Shown in pieces: positions 9,351 to 17,758 of a stretch of DNA of 34,792 nt; the stretch's first letter is position 1; each line of letters begins with the position of its first letter. Position numbers and translations under genes: made by a program. Source of the DNA: a bacterium (lineage in GTDB: Bacteria; JAMCPX01); assembly GCA_037439545.1 (NCBI GenBank), contig JBBIVV010000022.1, positions 1-34,792 of the forward strand. Reading direction: 5' to 3'. The notes beneath the pieces are model-generated. The model saw only the letters and a list, made by a program, of their open reading frames with translations, had not been told where the DNA came from and did not search any database.

Positions 9351-10508
9351 ATGGAGTTTAGCATTCCCAAAGAGGACCTGGATTTTAAAGAGAGTGTTTA
9401 CAGGTTTGGCCTGCGAGATCTGGCCCCTGCATCCCAAAAGATCGAGTATGACGATAATGAAGAATTTATTCTGGAGAATTGGAAGAAGATGGGCAATTTC
9501 GGTTTACTCGGGCTCCCGTATCCTGAGAAATATGGAGGCTCTGGTGCGAGTGTTCTTGCAACGACCCTTGCCGGTGAAGCACTCGGTTATGCCGGTGTCG
9601 ATGCCGGTCTCATGCTTTCGTGGGGTGCGCATATGATACTGTGCGGAGTACCGATATGGCAGCTCGGTACAGAGGCCCAGAAGCAAAAATATCTTCCAAA
9701 ACTTGCATCAGGAGAGTGGATAGGAGGTCTTGGACTTACAGAGCCGAATGCGGGCTCAGATGCTGCGGGCATACAGACGACTGCCGTAAAAAAAGGCGAC
9801 CGGTATATTCTCAACGGTTCTAAGATGTTTATAACAAATGGTCCGACCGGCAATGTATTCGTCGTTGCCGCTGTCACCGATAAATCGAAAAAAGCCTTCG
9901 GCATAAGTGCTTTCATAGTTGAAAAGGGAACGAAGGGCTTTTCTCACGGGAAAAAACTTTCGAAGCTTGGCGTGAGAACGTCGCCGACATCGGAACTTAT
10001 CTTCGAGGATTGCGAGGTCCCTGAAGAAAACCTGCTTGGAGATCCCGATTTTGGCTTTGCCAATGTTATAAAGCTTACCCTTGAGTGGGAAAGAAGCTGC
10101 CTTGTTGCTCCTGCGATTGGCGGTCTTGAACTGGGATTAAAGAAAGCTATTGAATATGCAAAACAGAGAAAACAGTTTGGCAGGCCTATAATAAAATTCC
10201 AGGCAGTCAGGCACAAGATCGCAGATCTGAAGATGAACCTTGAGGCTGTACGGCAGATCGTTTACAAGGTCGCATGGTTAAAGGATAAAGATATCCCTGC
10301 TATGATGGAGGCGTCTGCAGCGAAACTGTTCGTTTCCGAAATTATGGAAAAGATGTCATCCGAGGTTCTGCAGATCTTCGGCGGATACGGGTTTATCAAG
10401 GAATATCTTGTGGAAAGAGGATATAGGGACTCAAGGCTTGCTTCAATAGGCGGGGGAACATCAGAGATACAACGCGGTATTATCGCACGATCGATTATGA
10501 ATTTCTGA
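9351..10508 (+). CDS. Acyl-CoA dehydrogenase
   Basis: GLTEPNAGSD, LNGSKMFITNG, RKQFGRPI, QIFGGYG, GTSEIQR; AAGGAGG SD. Confidence 0.95.
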   Translation: MEFSIPKEDLDFKESVYRFGLRDLAPASQKIEYDDNEEFILENWKKMGNFGLLGLPYPEKYGGSGASVLATTLAGEALGYAGVDAGLMLSWGAHMILCGVPIWQLGTEAQKQKYLPKLASGEWIGGLGLTEPNAGSDAAGIQTTAVKKGDRYILNGSKMFITNGPTGNVFVVAAVTDKSKKAFGISAFIVEKGTKGFSHGKKLSKLGVRTSPTSELIFEDCEVPEENLLGDPDFGFANVIKLTLEWERSCLVAPAIGGLELGLKKAIEYAKQRKQFGRPIIKFQAVRHKIADLKMNLEAVRQIVYKVAWLKDKDIPAMMEASAAKLFVSEIMEKMSSEVLQIFGGYGFIKEYLVERGYRDSRLASIGGGTSEIQRGIIARSIMNF

Positions 10509-10529
10509 TGAAATCTCAAGGGAGGAATT

Positions 10530-11678
10530 ATGGATTTTGAACTTACCGATGATCAAAAAAAGCTGAAGGAATCATTTGCATCGATGTGCGCAAAAGAGAT
10601 CGCACCGAGGGCCGAATTTATTGACAGGGAAGCTGTGTTTCCAAAAGAAAGCATACGGCTTCTTGGAAAGGCCGGGTTCCTCGGTATGGGATTTCCGGAG
10701 GAATACGGGGGCTCACCAGGCGACCCTATCATAAAAGCAGTTCTGGGCGAAGAACTGGCGAAAGCCTGCGCATCGACATACCTATCCGCCGGTGCTTCAG
10801 CTGGCTTGTTCAGCATACCCGTATTGAAATTCGGCACACAGGATCAAAAGAAAAAATACCTGCCCGATGTATTGTCCGGAGAAAAGATAGGAGCCCTTGC
10901 CATAACAGAGCCGGGTGCGGGCTCTGATGTTCTCGGCATGAAGACTCATGCCGGGAAAAAAGGCAAGAGCTGGGTTATAAACGGATCAAAGACATTCATA
11001 ACGAACGGACCTGTTGCCGATTATTATGTCGTTGTTGCGTATACCGATAAAGAGAAAAAGAGAGACGGAATAAGTTTATTGATAGTAGAAAAAGGTACGA
11101 AGGGATTTTCGACAGGCAAGCCTTTTGACAAGCTCGGGGTAAGAGGCTCCCCGACTTCAGATCTCTTTTTTGATGAATGTGAAGTGCCCGAGGAAAACCT
11201 GCTCGGAGAGATCAATAACGGATTTTTTGAGCTTGCACAGACACTAACGAACGGCCGCATAGGCATGGCTGTTTACAGCCTCGGTATAGCACAGGCCTGC
11301 CTTGAAGAGTCTATGAACTACGCACAGGAAAGAACTGCATTCGGTAAAAAGCTCGCCTACTTTCAGGATATCCATTTCAAGATTGCCGATATGAAGATGT
11401 ACATAGATGTTGGAAGGGAACTTATCTATAAGGCAGCATGGATGCTCAGCCAGGATGACCCTCAGACAATTTTATTTGCATCTATCGCAAAACTATTTAT
11501 CTCAGAGCATGCCACAGAAATTGCGAGTGATGCAGTTCAGATCTTCGGTGGCTATGGATTCATGAAGGGCTATAAGGTAGAGAGGCTCTACAGGGATGCA
11601 AAGCTCGGCGAGATAGGCGAAGGTACTTCCGAGATCCAGAGAGCAATTATAACAAAGCTGGTAGAAGATCAGTATTGA
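10530..11678 (+). CDS. Acyl-CoA dehydrogenase
   Basis: AITEPGAGSD, INGSKTFITNG, QIFGGYG, IGEGTSEIQR; GGAGG SD. Confidence 0.95.
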   Translation: MDFELTDDQKKLKESFASMCAKEIAPRAEFIDREAVFPKESIRLLGKAGFLGMGFPEEYGGSPGDPIIKAVLGEELAKACASTYLSAGASAGLFSIPVLKFGTQDQKKKYLPDVLSGEKIGALAITEPGAGSDVLGMKTHAGKKGKSWVINGSKTFITNGPVADYYVVVAYTDKEKKRDGISLLIVEKGTKGFSTGKPFDKLGVRGSPTSDLFFDECEVPEENLLGEINNGFFELAQTLTNGRIGMAVYSLGIAQACLEESMNYAQERTAFGKKLAYFQDIHFKIADMKMYIDVGRELIYKAAWMLSQDDPQTILFASIAKLFISEHATEIASDAVQIFGGYGFMKGYKVERLYRDAKLGEIGEGTSEIQRAIITKLVEDQY

Positions 11679-11695
11679 TCCCAAAAAATCAGATG

Positions 11696-12583
11696 CTATG
11701 ATGTCGTAAATACCAATGCAGGCTGTAATACCTGTCGTTCGGACACCGGGTTTTTCTCAATTAGCGCTGCAAATTTATTTACGAACAGGTGATTAAGGCC
11801 GTGGCCGCTTTTATAGCTTGTAATATGACCTTTTATTGAACCGCCGAGGGTGTACATATCGCCGAGCATGTCAAGGATCTTATGACGGACAAACTCGTCA
11901 TGAAATCTTAAACCATCCACATTCATTACATCTTTATCATCGAGTACTATGGTGTTTTCCATCGATGAACCTTTTGCAAGTCCGAGAGACTGCATCGTCG
12001 TATAATCTTTCAAGAACCCGAATGTCCTTGCCTTTGCAAGCTCGGAATAAAAATGTTCGGGTGAATTATGGTACGTGTAATGCTGTTTGAGTATCTTTGG
12101 ATGATCAAAATCTATAATGCCGTCTATAATGAGTGTGCTTGCAGGAGAGTATTCTATAAATCCGGTGTTGTATTCTACTTTAAAAGCGTTCTCTATTACA
12201 AAGCTGTTTTTCTTAGCAGGAAGTGTGAATATGCCTGCATCGAGTATTGCATCGGCAAATAAAGATGCACTGCCGTCCCCACCCGGAACTTCGTCGCCTT
12301 CAACTTCAATTATTGCGCTATCCACACCAAAACCGTGCAACGTACTTAAGAGGTGCTCTACGGTAAGGATTGTAAAATCATCATTGCCTATTGACGTTGC
12401 GAACATGGTGCTTTTGACTTTATCAGAACTCAGAGGAAGGTATCGCAGCACATTACCAATCTTTTTTACGAACAATATGCCGTCTTTCTCTGATGCAGGA
12501 TGAATTATTATTCTTGAAAACTCCCCTGTATGTAAGCCGTACCCTGCACAAACAATTTTTTTCTTTATAGTTCTCTTAAACAT
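11696..12583 (-). CDS. lpxC: UDP-3-O-acyl-N-acetylglucosamine deacetylase
   Basis: GYGLHTG, TVEHLLSTL, ARTFGF, HKILDMLGD zinc-binding motif, SGH. Confidence 0.95.
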   Translation of the reverse strand: MFKRTIKKKIVCAGYGLHTGEFSRIIIHPASEKDGILFVKKIGNVLRYLPLSSDKVKSTMFATSIGNDDFTILTVEHLLSTLHGFGVDSAIIEVEGDEVPGGDGSASLFADAILDAGIFTLPAKKNSFVIENAFKVEYNTGFIEYSPASTLIIDGIIDFDHPKILKQHYTYHNSPEHFYSELAKARTFGFLKDYTTMQSLGLAKGSSMENTIVLDDKDVMNVDGLRFHDEFVRHKILDMLGDMYTLGGSIKGHITSYKSGHGLNHLFVNKFAALIEKNPVSERQVLQPALVFTTS

Positions 12584-12597
12584 TTAGATTACATTAA

Positions 12598-12613
12598 TGC
12601 AATCATCATGCCA
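12598..12613 (-). promoter_or_regulatory. sigma54 (-24/-12) promoter for lpxC
   Basis: Minus strand TGGCAT-GATGA-TTGCA; canonical GG-N10-GC spacing. Confidence 0.75.
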
Positions 12614-12700
12614 ATTAAGATAGTATTATATTTTAATAAGTTAAGAACATAAGTTGAAAACAGGCGTGATATTAAGATCACACCTTTGTGTTCTGAGATG

Positions 12701-13045
12701 CTATGCTACATGTATGTGAAGGGGGGCTCCGCCGACTACATGTAAATGTATATGGTATATACTCTGACCGCCCCATTGCTTTACATTGAATACCGCCTTA
12801 AACCCTTTTTCCGATATGCCTGTCTTATCTGCCATTTTTTTTGCCACATAAATCATTTTGCCAAGCAATAAATCATCATCGGGCGTTATATCTACGATTG
12901 TGGGAATATGTTTCCTTGGAATGATAAGCAGATGAACCGGTGCAACCGGATGAAGATCCTCTATTACAATAACATCATTATCCTCATATACTTTTTTAGA
13001 GGGTATTTTTCCTTCAATAACCTGACAGAATATACAATCTTCCAT
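12701..13045 (-). CDS. Histidine triad (HIT/Hint) nucleotide-binding protein
   Basis: DCIFC, HPVAPVH, HIHLHVVGG triad; AGGAG SD. Confidence 0.93.
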   Translation of the reverse strand: MEDCIFCQVIEGKIPSKKVYEDNDVIVIEDLHPVAPVHLLIIPRKHIPTIVDITPDDDLLLGKMIYVAKKMADKTGISEKGFKAVFNVKQWGGQSIYHIHLHVVGGAPLHIHVA

Positions 13046-13114
13046 AATTCTCCTCCTTGCGGGAATCTCCTATCAAAACATGAGCCTATGGACAAGGAAT
13101 TTTATTAAATATTG

Positions 13115-13774
13115 TTACAGTTGAAAAGGGGCTGCTTTTATATCCCTGGTCGTTGCAGCACCCATGGTAAGAATAATCTTGAATGCCTCTTCTATGGATA
13201 TATTAAGCTCATAAAGGCTTTGTTTTTGAACAAAGAGAAAGAAACCGGATGTTGGATTCGGAACTGTCGGAATAAAAACGGTAATACTCTCCCCGGCTGT
13301 TTCCGTACCTTTAATCTCTGCTTTGCCCACAACAAACCCTATTGCATAACTGCCTGCTCGTGGAAATTCTACGAGTACAACATGATTGAACTGTTTTCTA
13401 TTCTCTGTAAAAGCTTCTGTTATCTGTTTTGCACCATGATATATTCCCTTTATAAACGGTATATTTGAAAATATATCTCCCATCCAGCCAAGCAGTTTCT
13501 GTCCTATATAGTTATAGGTCATCAGTCCCATGATGAAGATCAGAATGATTGCAATTATAAGACTAATACCGCTTACATGTATGTATGTCTGGGGATTTAT
13601 GACTGCCGGCAGAATGCTCAACAGGCTGTCGGACCAGGATATGAGAATCCTTATTATGAAAATAGTTATAATAATAGGTATAAATACAACTATACCTGCT
13701 ATAAAGATATTTCTTATTCTGACGCTTAGTTTATCTTTTATTTTATTTATGCGGGGAATCGCACTATTCAACAA
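13115..13774 (-). CDS. DUF502 family membrane protein
   Basis: 'IPFIKGIY', 'VLVEFPR', 'VFIPTVPNPTSGF', 'EEAFKIILTMG'; start uncertain. Confidence 0.88.
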   Translation of the reverse strand: MLNSAIPRINKIKDKLSVRIRNIFIAGIVVFIPIIITIFIIRILISWSDSLLSILPAVINPQTYIHVSGISLIIAIILIFIMGLMTYNYIGQKLLGWMGDIFSNIPFIKGIYHGAKQITEAFTENRKQFNHVVLVEFPRAGSYAIGFVVGKAEIKGTETAGESITVFIPTVPNPTSGFFLFVQKQSLYELNISIEEAFKIILTMGAATTRDIKAAPFQL

Positions 13775-14162
13775 AGATGTCCTCTTCTATAGAACCCTTT
13801 TCATTTTCTACGTAGGATATTAAATAATTTCTGCTCTGCTCATCGAGCTCCAAAAACTTTATGCCCATTCCAGGAAGGGCATCCTGAGTGGGTTCGGTCC
13901 CCGGCAAATATTCGTGTGACCATATGACCTCACCCTTTGCTTCAATAAGCTTTATTGCACCCGGCAGCCTGAACCTGATATCGAGCATTAACCCTTTTTT
14001 TAAAGGAGTTTCTGTCTGGATAAGGAATCCGCCTACACTCATATCCGATGTATAGTCAATCTTAAATTTGTTCGCTCCCTCTATCGAGAGCAACACCGGG
14101 ATGCATATCAATCTTCTTTGCTGTTTGCGCGCCTGATGTAATAAATTAAATTCATCTTTCAT
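13764..14162 (-). CDS. Single-domain PilZ protein (TIGR02266-like)
   Basis: RKQQRR (RxxxR), DMSVGG (DxSxxG), GEVIW and PGMGIKF. Confidence 0.88.
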   Translation of the reverse strand: MKDEFNLLHQARKQQRRLICIPVLLSIEGANKFKIDYTSDMSVGGFLIQTETPLKKGLMLDIRFRLPGAIKLIEAKGEVIWSHEYLPGTEPTQDALPGMGIKFLELDEQSRNYLISYVENEKGSIEEDIFVE

Positions 14163-14553
14163 AGGGAGTAACTTCTACGAGCAGGCTCCTTGTTCTTGGG
14201 CCATCGAATTCGCAAAAGAAAACAGATTGCCATGTGCCGAGTACAAGTCTGCTGTTTTCAATAAATAACGACAACGTAACGCCGATCATACTCGATTTAA
14301 TATGTGCATCCGCATTACCTTCTTTATGGCTGTAATCCCTGTTTGCAGGTGCAATCTTATCAAGTGTATCAAGTATGTCCTCTTTTACCGCAGGGTCTGC
14401 GTTCTCATTTATGGTAATGCCGCTGGTGGTATGGGGTACGAACAGATAGCAAATGCCCCTCACGATACCCAGCTTTTTAAGCATACCGTTTATCTCCGAG
14501 GTAACGTCTATTATTTCGATCCTTTTTTTTGTAATGACGGATATATGCTTCAT
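14152..14553 (-). CDS. yjbQ: YjbQ/UPF0047 family protein
   Basis: PHTTSGITINENADP, GNADAHIK, LGTWQ, EFDGPR. Confidence 0.92.
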   Translation of the reverse strand: MKHISVITKKRIEIIDVTSEINGMLKKLGIVRGICYLFVPHTTSGITINENADPAVKEDILDTLDKIAPANRDYSHKEGNADAHIKSSMIGVTLSLFIENSRLVLGTWQSVFFCEFDGPRTRSLLVEVTPYER

Positions 14554-14567
14554 GGATAAATTCTCTC

Positions 14568-14597
14568 AAAATAAAGCCCCTGACGCACAGGGGCTTT
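14568..14597 (-). terminator. Intrinsic terminator after the lipoprotein gene
   Basis: AAAGCCCCTG/CAGGGGCTTT stem with 5-nt loop; T-rich tail on the minus strand. Confidence 0.8.
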
Positions 14598-14631
14598 CGA
14601 ATATTGCATGCTGATCTTCTCTAAAGGCATA

Positions 14632-15573
14632 CTATTGGTTTGGCGGCTGAATATTGACAATGCTCACAGAACCGGTAATGGCTTCACCATAGCTCTGGCC
14701 AAGCACCGTCGTCGTGGTATCACTTGCCAAAAGTGTACCCATTGCCTGTACCTGATAGGTACCTGGCGGCACATTAAACGCTAAAAAATCACCCTGACTG
14801 GACGTCCATGTTAATGACGGTGCCGGAAGGCCCAAAGGCGGATTGCCGTAGAAAATATTAGTAGTTATGGTAGTGCCGGTACCGATATTGTATAACACTA
14901 CTATGGCATTCTGGATTGCATCACCCCCGCAGTTATTCACGGTACCGACTATTGCACCCATTGATAGATCCTGCGTCACGCTGGCACTGCTGCTTGCGAG
15001 CGATATTATACTGGAGGACATTAATTCCACCGGTAATAACGTATCGCTCTGCGCAGCAGAAACGACCTCTCCAAATTGATATGTGTCTGCATAGCCTGAG
15101 TAACTTGCTTTAACAGCAAATGGAATGCCTGTCAGAAGTGTCGTTGCAACTGTTCCCGAGGAACCGGCTGTAACGACGTTGTCCGCAGGTTCATTCATAA
15201 CTTTGTTGCTTGTTGAAGTATAGAGCGAGACGGTCGCTCCTCCGACAGCACTGCCAAGTCCGTAACTTAGTACATTTAATCCTAAAAGGATGGGGCCCTG
15301 TTGCGGTATAGCACTGCATGTTGATACGTACGTCCCTCCGTTTGTCACAACTATTGGCGGAGGCAGGTTTGTATTAAGCGGCTGCGGTGTTTGCTGTGGT
15401 TGACAGCCGAGTATTTTTTGCATATCGGCGGATAAGTTCTGAGAACAAGTATTACTATTACTGGCGCCTGGTACATATCCCGATCCCCCGCTGCAACCGG
15501 TGAGAAGTGTTATGGAGTATATAATCGCGGATACTGCAAAAAGCTTCAGCACATGTCTTGTTATGAGCTTCAT
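14632..15573 (-). CDS. Ser/Thr/Gly-rich lipoprotein with carboxypeptidase-regulatory-like beta-sandwich domain(s)
   Basis: Signal peptide with lipobox LTG-C27; 'GAIVGTVNNCGGDAIQNAIV...FNVPPGTYQV'; AAGGAGG SD. Confidence 0.75.
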   Translation of the reverse strand: MKLITRHVLKLFAVSAIIYSITLLTGCSGGSGYVPGASNSNTCSQNLSADMQKILGCQPQQTPQPLNTNLPPPIVVTNGGTYVSTCSAIPQQGPILLGLNVLSYGLGSAVGGATVSLYTSTSNKVMNEPADNVVTAGSSGTVATTLLTGIPFAVKASYSGYADTYQFGEVVSAAQSDTLLPVELMSSSIISLASSSASVTQDLSMGAIVGTVNNCGGDAIQNAIVVLYNIGTGTTITTNIFYGNPPLGLPAPSLTWTSSQGDFLAFNVPPGTYQVQAMGTLLASDTTTTVLGQSYGEAITGSVSIVNIQPPNQ

Positions 15574-15597
15574 AGAGAACCTCCTTTTATTTTTTTA

Positions 15598-15626
15598 AGC
15601 ATACAAAAACATTTGTAGTGTGTCAA
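15598..15626 (-). promoter_or_regulatory. sigma70 promoter for the lipoprotein gene
   Basis: Minus strand TTGACA-17 bp-TATGCT. Confidence 0.7.
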
Positions 15627-15654
15627 GAATATGTATGGCGAGATTAACACATGC

Positions 15655-15939
15655 TTACTCTTTTATTTTCTCAATCAAAATCTTTGACGCTGCTCCCCTT
15701 CCAATGGCAGCTTTTGTTCCTTCCGTAGTAATAATTATAGGCCCTGATGAGGTATTCAAAACTTTTATTGTACTGCCGGTTCTTATTCCTATATTTATTA
15801 ATTTTTTGATAAAGCCCATACCTCCCGAGACCTTTTTTACCATACCTTCTTCCCCAGCCTTCAGTGAGGACAGAGGCAATAAATTGCCGGATTCTTCCTG
15901 ATCAGCTTGTTTTGCTGTTATTGTACTCGTAGTTTCCAT
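15655..15939 (-). CDS. feoA: FeoA domain protein
   Basis: 'LSSLKAGEEG', 'LINIGIRTGSTIKV', 'GPII', 'AIGRGAASKILI' FeoA SH3-like pattern. Confidence 0.85.
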   Translation of the reverse strand: METTSTITAKQADQEESGNLLPLSSLKAGEEGMVKKVSGGMGFIKKLINIGIRTGSTIKVLNTSSGPIIITTEGTKAAIGRGAASKILIEKIKE

Positions 15940-15949
15940 AATTCCTTTT

Positions 15950-15964
15950 TGATAATGATTTTCA
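15950..15964. promoter_or_regulatory. Fur box upstream of feoA
   Basis: TGATAAT-G-ATTTTCA 7-1-7 palindrome (one mismatch) between a minus-strand TTGACA (15972-15977) and the feoA SD. Confidence 0.75.
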
Positions 15965-16059
15965 ACAGTAATGTCAACAGTTGTTTGAGGCTAAGCCTTA
16001 TTTTTTAAAAATACCCTTAAAACTTGACTTTGACGCATCTGGATATTAGGTGTGTATGT

Positions 16060-17556
16060 ATGTCTGAAAAAGAACTTTGTGATGAACTACAAAATGTCAT
16101 CCCTACGAATGCAGGAATCCGGTCTTCACCTGTTGAATCACGTGCAGAACAGACCATACAGAGCCAAGGGACTTCCGCGTTCCGCATAAAGCCTGTCTTC
16201 GAACCGGCCCGGGTGCATGAAACGACAGCAGAAGATAATCCTTCTGGGAAAAATTCCCTCGATGTCCTCTTAAAGGCAAGTGTGCTGATTGCTGTAACAG
16301 GATTTGTTGCCTTCTCTATTTATTATGGTTCATTTGTTAAAATTTGGGAGATTACCATAGCCCAGGGAAAAGTTTTCAGTTTTTTTACTTATGCGTCTAT
16401 AAGTTATTCTACGATTACGCTCTTATACCTTTTTTTTAGAACATTCTTATGGTTCAAATACAAACCATATACCATGAAGCAGCATGATTCGCTGCCAAGG
16501 GTGAGCGTTATAATTCCGGCGTATAATGAAGGTGCTCTCGTTGAAAAGGCAATTAAGGCTGCGGTAGAATCAGGCTATCCGAATAACAAATTAGAAGTCA
16601 TCTGCGTCGATGACGGTTCTAAGGATGATACTTTTTTATACATGCAGAAGGCAAAAGCAAGGTATCATGATAATGTTACACTTATAAAACTGTCCCATAA
16701 TATGGGTAAGCGTCAGGCATTATACAGCGGCTTTAAACAGGCAAAAGGCGAGATCTTTATAACGATAGATTCTGACAGTATCATAGAAAAAGGTGCTCTC
16801 GAGAATATTGTTTCGCCATTCCTGAGAAATAACCGTATCGGTGCAGTCGCGGGCAATGTAAAGGTACTGAATAAGCATGAAGGTATAATACCGAAGATGC
16901 TCGGCGTCAGCTTTATCCTGTCGTTTGACTTTACGAGGGCGTGTCAATCTACCTACGGCTCTGTTTTATGCTGTCCGGGCGCGTTTTCTGCTTACAGAGC
17001 ACATCTCGTAAGGCAGGTTATGGACCAATGGCTCAATCAAATTTTCCTCGGAGAGGTATGCACGTATGGAGAAGACAGGGCATTGACAAATATGATATTG
17101 CATAAAGGGTTTTACACGAGTTATCAAAATAACGCAGTCGTGCATACACAGGTGCCGGTTACGTACACGAAACTCACGAAGATGTATCTCAGATGGGAAA
17201 GAAGCAACATAAGGGAATCCATTATTCTATCAACTTTTATTCTGAGGAAATACAGGAAAAAGCACAGGGGTCTGCCTTTGATAAATTTCGTGATCGTTAA
17301 TTTACGATACCCGTTCCAGTACTATGCAATAATGTTTCTTTTTATCAATCTTTTAATTTATCCAACGAACATCTTCCGGTATCTTTCATTGGTGGGATTA
17401 ATTTCAATTGTTTATATGTTCTACTACATACGGACTGAGAAGGATTCCGACTTTATTTATGGTATTCTCTACTCTTATGTCTCTATCTTCACTCTACAGT
17501 GGATATTCCCCTATGCCTTTGCAACATTAAAAAGCAAATCGTGGATGACAAGGTAA
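16060..17556 (+). CDS. Processive GT2, hyaluronan synthase (class I)/NodC-like
   Basis: IPAYNE, DDGSKD, GKR, IDSD, CCPGAFSAYR, GEDRALT, MYLRW; two N-terminal TMs and several C-terminal TMs; start uncertain (ATG 16060 chosen). Confidence 0.85.
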   Translation: MSEKELCDELQNVIPTNAGIRSSPVESRAEQTIQSQGTSAFRIKPVFEPARVHETTAEDNPSGKNSLDVLLKASVLIAVTGFVAFSIYYGSFVKIWEITIAQGKVFSFFTYASISYSTITLLYLFFRTFLWFKYKPYTMKQHDSLPRVSVIIPAYNEGALVEKAIKAAVESGYPNNKLEVICVDDGSKDDTFLYMQKAKARYHDNVTLIKLSHNMGKRQALYSGFKQAKGEIFITIDSDSIIEKGALENIVSPFLRNNRIGAVAGNVKVLNKHEGIIPKMLGVSFILSFDFTRACQSTYGSVLCCPGAFSAYRAHLVRQVMDQWLNQIFLGEVCTYGEDRALTNMILHKGFYTSYQNNAVVHTQVPVTYTKLTKMYLRWERSNIRESIILSTFILRKYRKKHRGLPLINFVIVNLRYPFQYYAIMFLFINLLIYPTNIFRYLSLVGLISIVYMFYYIRTEKDSDFIYGILYSYVSIFTLQWIFPYAFATLKSKSWMTR

Positions 17557-17566
17557 GGAAGTAAGC

Positions 17567-17704
17567 TTATACCCGCCCTTTATCCGGTTTGTAAAAATAG
17601 GCAGACAATTTTCTACTTGCAGCAGTGTAAACAGTAGCCGTGACATAGTGTGTGAGTTCGTAAGCAACTCCTAATACTATAAAAATAAATTTTAATAACC
17701 ACAT
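17567..17704 (-). CDS. Putative 45-aa small protein with hydrophobic N-terminus (absent from ORF track)
   Basis: MWLLKFIFIVLGVAYELTHYVTATVYTAASRKLSAYFYKPDKGRV*; GGAGG (17713-17717) 8 nt upstream of ATG; sigma54 motif upstream. Confidence 0.6.
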   Translation of the reverse strand: MWLLKFIFIVLGVAYELTHYVTATVYTAASRKLSAYFYKPDKGRV

Positions 17705-17742
17705 AACCTTTGCCTCCATTATCTTCATTAATCATATAAGAA

Positions 17743-17758
17743 AGCACTTTTTGTGCCA
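17743..17758 (-). promoter_or_regulatory. sigma54 (-24/-12) promoter for the small ORF
   Basis: Minus strand TGGCAC-AAAAA-GTGCT; IHF-like TTTCAATTACTTA at 17776-17788. Confidence 0.7.

Noticed and set aside
14632..15939. feoA and the lipoprotein as one Fur-controlled iron-uptake operon
   Set aside because: The lipoprotein has its own TTGACA-17-TATGCT promoter and no iron-binding signature
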